The translations under genes and the position numbers were made by a program. From assembly GCF_009914755.1 (NCBI RefSeq), contig NC_060944.1: a stretch of 64,000 nt of DNA. One strand, 5' to 3'. Source of the stretch: the human T2T-CHM13v2.0 reference genome, Homo sapiens. Below, in pieces: positions 53,651-64,000 of the stretch. Under the pieces are notes generated by a model, which did no database searches, was not told where the DNA came from, and worked only from the letters and a program-made list of their open reading frames with translations. Positions within the stretch are counted from its first letter, which is position 1, and the number at the start of each line of letters is the position of its first letter.

Positions 53651-54355
53651 CACACACACACACAGACACATACACATACACCCTCTCTCACACACACACC
53701 CTCATTCAAACATGCATACACACACACCTATACACACATTCACACACACACCTGTATGCACGCACATATACACACATTCACACACACAGGTATGCACATA
53801 CACACACGTACACACATTCACACACACCTATATATACATTCACACTTACATGCACACTCACACCTATATACATCCACACACATCCCTATACATATATTCA
53901 CACACACTTATACACACATTCACACACTCACACACACCTACACACATTTGCACTTAATGTCACACACAGACCTATACACCCATTCACCCACTCACATTTG
54001 CACACTCTATCACACACACCTATACACATTCTCTCACACACCTGTACACACATTCACACTCGCATATACACACATCCACACACACCTACACACACATATA
54101 TACATTCACACACATGCACACTCACACCTATACACATCCACACACACCCCTATACATACATTCACACACACCTATACACACATTCCCACGCTCACACACT
54201 CCTATGCACACATTCACACACTTACACAAACACACCTATACACTCATTTGCACTTACTGTCACACACACCTATACACACATTCACACACGCTTGCACACT
54301 ATCTCACACACCTATACACACATTCACACACTGTCACACACACACTCACATACAC
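53651..54355 (+). repeat. About 700-bp CA-rich degenerate minisatellite
   Basis: Recurrent cacacacctatacacacatt motif; G-poor strand; produces the artefactual His/Thr ORFs. Confidence 0.95.
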
Positions 54356-54399
54356 TCCCCTTAACGTAGGCAACACTGTCCACTACCTCCGCTCTTCAG

Positions 54400-54717
54400 C
54401 AGAGGCAAATCCAGGTTTTGTGGGACCTAAAACTCATAATACAACTTTTGGAGCCTTCTTTAAAAAGAAAAACAGGCTTAAAAATAAATGCTAATTTAAA
54501 ATTGGAAAATAAGTCACAATAAATTATGGTAGCCCTTGGAGTTCAGGTTCTTTCTTCTAAGATTCGTTGGGCCTTGCTATCATGAATATGAGTCCCGATT
54601 GCATTCTGGCTTTCCCTCCCCAGCCAGGACGTTCTATGGCTCCCAGCAGCTCCAGCCCTCAGAAGTCACCGGCCCTGAGGCTTCAGCTTTGTTAGCCTCC
54701 AGGTAAATCCCACTCTG
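54400..54717. mobile_element. hAT non-autonomous element (MER53/MER115/Zaphod-like termini)
   Basis: Left end cagaggcaaatccaggttttgtgggacct; right end ggccctgaggcttcagctttgttagcctccaggtaaatcccactctg. Confidence 0.7.
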
Positions 54718-54889
54718 TGATTCCATCCCTGAAAGTGGACCTTGGTGGAGCTGAACCTCCCCAGATGACATTGGGCCACGCACTGCAAGGAGAACACCAT
54801 TCTCTGGAGGACGTATTCCTCACACACGCACACACACACATGCATCAGAGTGCGGTCGGGCCTCCAGATCTGGTTTCCTGCTAACCAGT

Positions 54890-55468
54890 TTGCAGGAAAT
54901 ACAGGGGATACAGAAACCATGTCACATGACACCATGGGGTTTTACTCTGCAAAATCCAGAATGCAGGAAACTACCGGACAAATGGCCCAGATTCCTCAAT
55001 AAATAAACATCAGGAGCTGAAGTGGGGAGAAGGGAGGATGCAACAGATGAAAAGAGATGGGAGAAAGAGCAGCCAAATGCACTATGGACGTTTTAGGATC
55101 CCAGTGCAAACCAATTAAATATAAATACATAGACATTGACCAGTAGGACGTTTTAGCATTTAATGAATATTTGATTTTGGAACTTATTAACAGTGTTAGG
55201 TATGAAATTGTTGTTAGATTGTGTTAAGAAAAAGAGGCTTAATTTTTCAGAGGTGTGGACTGAAAAATTTGGGGTGAAATATAATGATATGAGGGACTTG
55301 TTTCTAAATAACCCAGTGGAGGAGGTGGCAGGAGAAAGGGAAGGGAAAGAGGAGCTAAAGATGATTCCAGATCGGCCACATGTTAGTGTTGACACGGGGT
55401 GATGGACACAGGAGGCTTTATTGTGTTATTGTGTCTGTTTGAAAACTTCCATAGTAAAAATAAATAAC
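54890..55468 (+). mobile_element. L1MC/ME 3' UTR fragment
   Basis: gcaaaatccagaatgcaggaaacta..ggacaaatggcccagattcctcaataaata...tttgaaaacttccatagtaaaaa. Confidence 0.65.
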
Positions 55469-56509
55469 CCCAAAGTGAGTGCTATAGCCTCAGTTTCCCC
55501 AAAAGCAGGGGTGGAGATGAAGGCATGCAGAGAGCAGTACTGAGTGATAAGGGATGGAACCAGGGACGTGGGCACAAGGCCACTGCCGTGACCACAGCTC
55601 CCTCCTAGGTCCCAGTGAACCTTGTTTGGGACCTAACTAAATGCATTTCACAACATTTTGCTGAGGAGTCTAAGGGGAGAAACACTGATTCTTCAGCTGC
55701 CTACCTGCTCAAGGGCGGCTCCCTGAGTGTTGTCTCCCAGCACTTCTAGCTCACACCTGGTGAACACCCAGGTCTGTGCAGGCATGGCACACGGCCATGA
55801 AACAAGAGGCACACTAGTGACGAAGGTTCAGAAGCTGCTCCAAACCTGAGAGCAGCTGGTCACTGCAGCAGGATTGGAATAAGACACACTGCAGAGGAGG
55901 TATGCAGATGTGCACAGTAGTGGTGCCAGAGAGAGGCTGGAGACGAGGGCTCCAAACACAGAGTGATGCAGGGAAGTGGAACGGGAATCAGGTTCTGCTA
56001 CACAGACATGGGTGCGGGGAAGTGGATCGGGATTAGAGCTCTTTGGTTACAAGTAACACAATCAGACTGTGGCTAAACTACATGAAAAAGAAAATTAAAA
56101 CCGAGAGAATCAGAGGAACAGTGAAAACTCAGGAGTGGTCAGGGACCAGAGCTGTTCTGGTCGTCTAGTGGTGGAAACCTCTGGCCAGACTCCTCGGAGT
56201 ATCTTCACAGGATAGGCCTGAACTAATCATTCTCCATCCTGGGCCATTCTGTGCTAGACTCACCACTCTAGGGCCCAAAGTATGGGTTGTGGGATGCAGA
56301 AATTGGCTGGGAAAGGCAGGCCAAGGGCTCATTTGTCAGAAGAAAAACTGGGTGCTGTAAATAGAGGAAAGGTAGTGGTTTTGTCGGGCAGTGTGCAGCA
56401 TAAGCCCGGTGCATTCTAACAGCATTGTTAGCACAGATGAACCCCCACTTGATACAGTTAGAGGAAGGGATACTTTTCAATAATGGACCTTCAGGCTCCC
56501 CTGTTTTAT

Positions 56510-58400
56510 TTTTTATTTTTTGAATTTATAAGCTATTAGAGGAAAGTTTAAAAAGCAATATAATAGAAACCCATATCACCAAGATTAAAGGAGAAAATGC
56601 CATCATTTTACCATTCTAATGAAACAGGATAGAAAGCTAAACCCCGATTTCTGGTTTCTCTCCCCTAACACTCTCTCTAAAAATAATCACTTCTGAAATC
56701 CTTGTTCATCCTTCCTTGGATTATTAGACTAACAACATATGTATGCATCCATTAACAATATCCACATTTCTTGTGTGTTTTTAATATTACCTGCGTACAA
56801 CAATATTCTTTCTTTTGCAAGATACTTTTTGCATTTAGAATGCATTTGATACATATTATTGATACATGTTGATATTATTTTCACTGCTGCACAGTGTCTT
56901 GCTGTAAATAAACCCACTATTTATTTTTCCGTGACATTTCTGAAAGTCAACTTTCTTCTTCCTTTTTTTTTTTACTTTGCTACTTCAAAAGGTGCTTCCA
57001 GGAACATTCTTGTGCAAGACCGTGTGAGAGTATCTCCAAGATAGACAAGTGGAAGTGAAATTCTGGGCCATAGTGGATGAACACTTGCCAAGAGGTGTTG
57101 ACAAATTAGTCTTAAATGAACCTGTACTGCATTTTAAGGCCTGGGAGCTCTTAGTGGCCCCATCCTTTCCAAAGCTTGTGTGGTTGGCCGAGTAATGTCT
57201 TCCAAGATGTCCAATTCCCAATCCCTGGAACTTCTGAATGCTAGCCTGTATGACAAAAGAGACTCTGAAGCTGGGATTAAGTTAAGAATCTTGAGTGGGG
57301 AGATTATCCTGGATAATCCAAATGGGTCCTTATAAGAAAGAGGCATGAGATCAGAGAACCAGAAGGTGATGTGAGGATGGAATCCAAGAGAGAGTTGAGG
57401 ATGCTGTGGCTGCTGGCTTTGAAGGTGCAGGAAGGGCCATGAGCCAAGGAATGTGAGAAATGGAGCTGGAGTTGCCAGAAAAGGCAAGAACAGGGAATCT
57501 TCCTGAGAGGCTGCAGAAGGAGCCAGCTGTGCAACACCTTGACTTTAGCCCAGTGAGACTGTTTTCCAACTTCTGAGCTCCAAAACTGTAAGAGAACAAA
57601 TTCGGTTTGTTTTAAGCTACTAAATTTACAGCAATTTGTTACTGCAACAATAGGAATCTAATACAGCTTGGTATTGTCCTTATTATTTTTCTGCCAGCCT
57701 GGTAGAAAATGATATGCTAATGTTTTGGTTTGCATTTTCATCCTTACCAGACCAAGCATTTTTGTATCATATGTTCATTGCATATTTAGGTTTTCTACTC
57801 TAGAGAGTTCTTGTTAAAATAGTTTTGCCAGATTTTTCTCCCCTTATTATTTCAAAAATTATTATTTTTTTCTGAATATTCTAGATATCAAACTTTATCC
57901 CTGATACATATTCCAGATACTCTCTCCCAATTTGTGAAACTGAGTTTAATCATTCAAATATTTTAAATTTTGTTGTATTCAAATTTATCACTTTTTTCTT
58001 GAGAAATTCTTTACTATCCCAATAAGTTAAAGATATTATTCTACATTTTCTTCTTAAACATTTGCCTTCCACTGTAGGACTTTAATCCATCTGGAATATA
58101 TTTTTGTATATGGTGTTATGTAGGGATCTAAATATATCTTTTTCCATATGTCTAGCCAATTGTCTCTGCACCGGTTATTACAGTCCATCCTTTCCCATTG
58201 ACTTGAGATACTGCTTCTCTCATGCACAAATCCTCTACAGCTGTTGGGATTTCTACTGAGGTTAATCCTGCTTCTTTCTCACAGTTGTCTTACCCATCTT
58301 TGGTCCTTTACTCTGTTATATGACTTTTAGAATCAGCTGTCAAGCTCTGTTAACTTCTGAGATTTTGTTTAGGATTGCATTAAATCTGTGCTTTATCTGG
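56510..58400 (-). mobile_element. L1ME fragments split by MLT1D
   Basis: Antisense L1 motifs ggaacattcttgtgc, gtggaagtgaaattctgggccatag, tttaatccatctggaatatatttttgtatatggtgt. Confidence 0.65.
57179..57665 (+). mobile_element. MLT1D MaLR solo LTR
   Basis: tgtggttggc...gagattatcctggataatcc...gggccatgagccaaggaatg...caataggaatctaataca; exact 5-bp TSD GCTTG at 57174-57178 and 57666-57670. Confidence 0.93.
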
Positions 58401-58489
58401 GGAGATTTCCCACCTTCCTGGTATTACTTTGCTTGCTCTTCTTTTCAGTCTCTTTGGCTGGTTTCCTTCTTATCTCCATGTCTTGCCCT

Positions 58490-59570
58490 CAGTGCCTCAG
58501 CAGGTCCCAGGGCTCCTTAGTTGGAACAACAATCTTCTCTCTCTATGCATAATCACCAGAGCAAGGTTCACAGATTCCAGCATGTTTCACATCACATAGA
58601 TGGCTTGTTAAACACGGATTGTAGGACCCCATCCCTGAAGCTTCTAATTCAGTAGGTCGGAGGTTAGGCCCAAGAATTTGTCTAACAAATCAATGCTGCT
58701 ATTCCTGGGACCACCCTTTGAGAAGAGCTGTTCACGGAGCCTTTTTTAAAAATACCATCTATATACTGATAAAGTTTTATGCTCAGCCTAAACTTCATCC
58801 ACCTTCCTCTGAACTCCAAAATTCCATGTACAACTAACAATGTAGTAACTTTAATAATCACCTGAGACTTTATAGATTCCAGACCTAACTCCTCATTCCC
58901 TTCCTCCTACACCACACTCCATATACAGTTGATCAGCAAATCCTACTGGCTGTACTTTCAAATGTATCCAGAATTTGTTCTCAGTTCTCACCACCTCCAC
59001 CATGACTGCCACTTGGATTATAGCAATAACCTCAAACTTGTATTATGGTTTCCACCATGGTGCTCTTTCAATTTATTGACACACAGAAGCTGTGTGAGCC
59101 ATTTAAAGCCTAAGTTAGATAATCTCACTCCCTTGCTTAAGAATTATCCAAAGATTCCCATCCTACTAGTGATAAAAGTCAAACTTCTTACAGTATCCAG
59201 CAGAGCGCTGCCTGACTGCACCTGCCTAATTCTCTTGCCTCAAATTCCACCATTCCCACCACACACACCCACACTCCCCACTCCACCCATACTGAGATAC
59301 CAGTTTGTCATCTCTCAGCACACCAAGCATGCACCTTCTCTGGGCATTGGTGTCTGTCATTTTTTCCCCTGGCTGAAGTAACTTACTCCAATATCCTCCT
59401 GGCTCATGCCCTCACTTCCTGCTCAAATATCACATTATCAGGATTCATTATCCCTAAATTTTGTATAAAAAACAGAAATCCCCTCCACTCTCTCATTTCT
59501 CATCTCCCTCACTTTGCTTTATTTTTTCTCCATATGATTTATTAACATCAGGTATACTATGCATAATGTT
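58490..59570 (+). mobile_element. L2 fragment with nested MER5A
   Basis: taccatctatatactgat...ctctgaactcca...tcagcaaatcctactggctgtactttcaaat...ctgctcaaatatcac. Confidence 0.7.
58562..58730. mobile_element. MER5A
   Basis: ggcttgttaaacacggattg..ggaccccatccc..cttctaattcagtaggtc..ggcccaagaatttg..gggaccaccctttgagaa. Confidence 0.8.
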
Positions 59571-59639
59571 ATACGCTCCATTAAGTATGAAATTCATTCA
59601 CAGAATACCACCTGACCTGTGAAAATTGCTGAATTTTAT

Positions 59640-60100
59640 TTGTCAAATTAATTAAAAGATTAAGTCTTTTGTTCATGAACATGGTACACCTCATCATCTA
59701 GTTGAAACTTATTTTATGTCCTTACTAACCTTTTATTATTTTCTCTCTAAAGGACTTCTTTGTCTTTCATTAGTTTTATTTTTAGCTACTTCTACAGTTT
59801 TTAATGTTGTGAATATCTTTTTAAAATATGCCATGGTCTAATTGTATTCTTTATTGTTAGGAATACAACTAATTTTTCATCATTGTTCTTGTACCTGTCT
59901 GCCTTGTTTAACTTTTTTATTAGTTCCCATAGATTTTCTGTCAATTTTTAAAGTTTTCTGTAGACAATCACACCATCTACAATTAATGGTATTCCAGTCC
60001 TTTAGTTTTTATTCCTTTTCCTTGTTTTTCTGCATTACTAGGGCATCCAGAGTCATGATGAATAATGTGATAATCAGCCTCCTTCGATTTCAATATGGAA
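59640..60100 (-). mobile_element. L1ME ORF2 fragment
   Basis: tcatgaacatggtacacctc, ttttctgtagacaatcacaccatctac, actagggcatccagagtcatgatgaata. Confidence 0.55.
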
Positions 60101-60104
60101 ATTA

Positions 60105-60925
60105 ACCCCAAGATCCCAAATCAACCTGACTGCATATTAGAATCATGTTGGGGAACTTAAAATAATGCTGATGGCTGAGCCCCATCCACACAGATACTTA
60201 ATGAGACGGGGCATTAATGTGGTTTAATATTTCCCTAGGCAATTCTTATTCATAGCTAGAATTAAGAATCTCTTCCCTAGATTATAGAGATTGTACCCCT
60301 CCTCCCTTTCTTACACCTAGATGTCACATAGCATAGGTATGCAAACTGCCTTTTCGTTCTCTCTGTTTCTTATTGCACTTGGGGAATTTGTTTCCTTTCT
60401 TGCATAATCAATTGTACATTTAAAAGCACATTTGTCATATTTAATATACCATTTCTTGATTTTGTAGGTAACGGGATGTAAAGGTATCTATGCCATCAGA
60501 TGTTCCAAATCAAAAATCTCTTCACAGACTTCGTTGCATACTGTGTCTCATGACAGGCAAAACTCTGGGCTGCTGTCTTCTTAAGCAATTATCAAAACCA
60601 GTTGAGACACTTGCTACTCTCACAGCAGTGTCTCTCAAACTCCCCTGCACACTACAGTAACCCAGAGAAGTTTTAAAAATCCCTATGCCAAGGCATTATG
60701 GCCCATACCATTTTAATTAGAATCCCTAATTGTGGGGACTAAGTATAATCATTTTTCAAGCTTTCTAGGTGGTACCAGTGAGTGGACAAGTTTGAGAACC
60801 AGAGGTATACAGCATTCTGGCAGCCTCACTCAAACAGAATCTCCAGGGGTGGCACGGGGCATCATCATGTTTTACAAGCATGTCAGGTGAACATCATACA
60901 TGCAAAGAGTGAGGTGGTCTCTGAG
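60105..60925. mobile_element. Cluster of MER5-family MITEs (about 60105-60280, 60625-60802, partial 60810-60925)
   Basis: ctgcatattagaatca..ggggaacttaaaa; cagtgtctctcaaact...aagtttgagaacca; cagaatctccaggggtgg. Confidence 0.65.
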
Positions 60926-62569
60926 CTTCTCTGGACCACCATCTCCTTGCCAAATTATGAGAACAAGAATCAGCATTGCAGAGATAATGCCCTCTCATTA
61001 CAGCTTAACCAGGCTAGGTCGTTTCTTGGTCGTTTGAACAACTGGAAAATCATTCTTTTTTTGTGCATTGGTTCATTCATTCGTTCTTTTATTCATCAAA
61101 CTTTTATTGAGCTCCTACTATGTCATAACCTGCTCCCTTATTTTTTTTCAGAGAATTTTCCTCACCTAAGAATGGTTGAGTTATTAATTTGTTGGCTTCT
61201 TTTAATCTGAAGCCTCCATATTCATAGCAGAATATAAAACTGGTTCAATTTCAAGCCAAATTGGGTTTTCAAATAAAGAGAGTAAAAATGTGTCAGGAAC
61301 CCATTCCCCTGTTTTGTGTGGTGATGCCTTCTGAGTTTTAATCCAACAGATGATGTTTTCTGTGGATCTTGCTACCTGTACATGGAGGCAAGATAAAAGA
61401 TAAATGGTCCTCATACATAGAGAAACAGCCCTCAGGCAACAGAGAAAAGGGCACTTTGATATGCACCACTTCCTCTTGTACACAACTACTCCAAGCATCT
61501 ATTTTCACTGACTACTTTCCTGGAGTCTGGCATTTCCAAAGGGGAACACAAGCATTCACTTTGTCCTCGCATATTCGACAAGATGTCTAGAAATTCACGC
61601 CTACTGCCCCTTACTGGAGCACCATAGAACTATGGCATTCCACAGCTGGCAGGTGATCATCTCATGCACACTCTCCCACTGTGAAGGGAGAAGGAGCTGA
61701 ATCTCAGAGAGGAAAGCAGATGTGCCATTTTCACATAATCATCAGTGGCAGAGCTGAGATGTAGCCAGGATGGCCCACTCATCCCTTCCACCCCACTGTC
61801 AGTCAAATATTGAGGACAGCGTCAGTGCTACCAGCCAGGCAATTCATGCAATTCCTACCCACTCCTTCCAGTTCAGATAAATGTGGTGAAAAGGCAAATA
61901 AAACCTGGCTAAGCCCATCCAAAAAGGACTTAATATGTGAGCTGTAAAGCTGTAAATTGTGTACAAAAAGACTCACTTACTATCATTCATAGTTTTTCAG
62001 ACATGGTCCAGGGCAGCTTAATTTACAGAGTGCTTAAAGGCCAAAAGTTTTGTTTTAAGATGGGGAACTCATCACACATGTTTACCTTCCTTCATTTCCC
62101 AATTTTTAAAGAAAATATATGTTGTTTTCTAAATAGGAAAATATCTACATCAGAGAAGGGTGCAACCCACTTATCTGAAATGTCAAGAAATTTACGAAGG
62201 ATATAGGGCAAGAAAGAGAGGATGCCCTGGATGAGTCACCAAAAGAGATTGAAACACCTAATGGAGAAATAAGGGATGGGACCACATGCAGCAGCTAGGA
62301 GCAGCAGGGGTTCAGAAAGGGCAGGCAGCCCTGAGGCCAGACACCGAGTGTGGGGAAGCACACCCAAAAAGAGGATTTCATAGCTGGCTGGGACCCTGGG
62401 AGCACCTTCTCTCCACTCTCCAGCCTATAGACACAGAAGCCACCTTCGAGGAGCCAGGGAGCATCCCACCTGCAGGATGCATTTTTCCCCAAGCTCATCA
62501 CATCCTCCACAGTAGCAATCCTAAGGCGGACCCATAACAAGGGTTTCTGACAATAGAAATATGGTTCCT

Positions 62570-62900
62570 CAACGTGACTGGCACCCAATGAGGTCCCACC
62601 TTGTACCCAGCTCTATCTGGGCATGAGGGAGCAGAGAACCAAAAACCACAGGCTCCACCTGAAGGTGCTCATGGCCCAGCTAAAGAGATGGAGCAGGGCA
62701 AGGAATTGCAGTGCAGGAATTGGTATGGGGGACACCTTAGGAAGCTGCCGAGGGGACACCCAGCTGCATGTGAAGGCGTCCGGGAAGCTTTTCACTGGAG
62801 GCGTCTTGAAGAAAGATGTGAGGGGTAATTTAGGTGTTAACCAGAGTTAGGGGCAGCTGTCAGAGGAAGCGGAGCCGTAGGCCGAGTGACTTTCCAGGTA
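62570..62900 (-). mobile_element. L2 fragment
   Basis: tgaaggtgctcatggcccag...cgggaagcttttcactggaggcg...ttaaccag. Confidence 0.4.
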
Positions 62901-63834
62901 GGGCAGTCAATTTTGACATTCCCAGTGCACTCTGAGCACGGGGAAAGGCAAAAGAGCAATCACATAACCCGGGAGAAAACACCCTGAGAAACTGCCCCAT
63001 AAATTCAGGGATCTACATGTGGCATCGTCCTCATTTTATTCTTTACTTGGCTCACTTTATCACTAGAAAATCCAATGAGGACTTTTATGAAGACACACAC
63101 ATAATTAATGGGGATAACTCATTAATTTACAAGCCAGCTAATCGATAAGCAGGTTAATCTACTTAGGCATCTGAAGAATTACCGTGTAGCTCTCTATTTA
63201 CACTGCTATTTAGTCTCGTTCCACTTCATCAGCTTTTTGGTGGCTATTAAACTGACAGTGCTGGTCACCACATAGAAAAGCTGATGGATTAATTTCTGCT
63301 AACATGATATTCTTCTGGTATATGAATAGCATATTAATGGCCCACAACCAGATGATGGCATTTCCCATCAGGAGAAAAATATATTTCGTGCATTTCAAAA
63401 TTTCAAATCAATCTTTCTTTTACTCTACCCATCTATTTAATTTTCCGGCTTGATTTTTTTTTTTTAATGTTTCAAACAAAAAGTGAAAGCGAAAACTTTG
63501 GTTTTGTTAAAAATAGTTATATACTTCAGAGAGTATTTAGGCTTTTGGGTTCAAAAAGAAAAAAAAATAAAGCAACAAAATGGGATTTGGTGTCTAGAGC
63601 TCCCTGTATGTTGGAGTGATTTTAGGTCAGACCTAAACTCAAGTGCCAGTGGAAATCAGACCAATAGTGAAATGAATGCACTGGGCCTATTGGTGGCTAA
63701 CCGGCCGGCACTTAGCTTCTCTCAGGAAGGCCACCTTTACATGGCTTGTAGCTGTTGCTTTGTGAAAATCCGTTGCAGCTTGTAAAGATTTTCAGTTTTT
63801 CAAGAGAAGCCAAACATCGGGTTTTGGCAACTCT

Positions 63835-64000
63835 ATCAGACAGTTCTTAGTTGCAGGTAACAGAATCCAGTGGAGCTGATTTAAGCAGAAATGAATTGAT
63901 TATTGGACCTTGGGTAGCATATAGCATTTCCAGGAAGACCAGGGAATCAAGCCTGGATACCATGCAGCCAAGGCAATGCCATCACAGGAACCCCTCAGCC
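63835..64000 (-). mobile_element. Old MLT1-type LTR, runs off window end
   Basis: gttcttagttgcaggtaacagaatccagtggagctgatttaagcagaaa...ttattgga. Confidence 0.6.

Noticed and set aside
53594-54494. Longest ORFs in the track (256, 242 and 126 aa His/Thr-rich)
   Set aside because: They are translations of the CA-rich minisatellite; a G-poor strand rarely makes stop codons, and overlapping frames are all open.

Overview
This is primate (human-like) euchromatic non-coding DNA, not microbial. Evidence: Alu SINEs of J, S and Y ages, L1 LINEs from ancient L1M/L1ME to young L1PA, L2, MIR, MaLR/ERVL solo LTRs (MSTA, MLT1 types, LTR16-like) and DNA-transposon relics (Tigger1, Tigger3, MER1B, MER5, MER20, MER58A). 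By eye, well over half the window is interspersed repeat. I recognise no protein-coding gene, rRNA, tRNA or CRISPR array, and I cannot name the locus. The ORF track is explained by decayed L1/Tigger frames, Alu read-through and low-complexity sequence. I do not see a new biological system. The best leads are: (1) + strand exon-like cassettes with consensus splice sites suggesting a spliced lncRNA, including one exon between an inverted AluSc/AluY pair and one carrying a Kozak-ATG micro-ORF open into the donor; (2) a clear twin-priming 5'-inverted L1MA and a second probable inverted L1; (3) three-level TE nesting (L1M > Tigger3 > L1PA); (4) a MER58A-MER1B microhomology fusion; (5) a 700-bp CA-rich higher-order minisatellite; (6) a few candidate regulatory motif clusters. 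Repeat subfamily names come from remembered consensus sequences and boundaries of old elements are approximate; both need RepeatMasker/Dfam confirmation.
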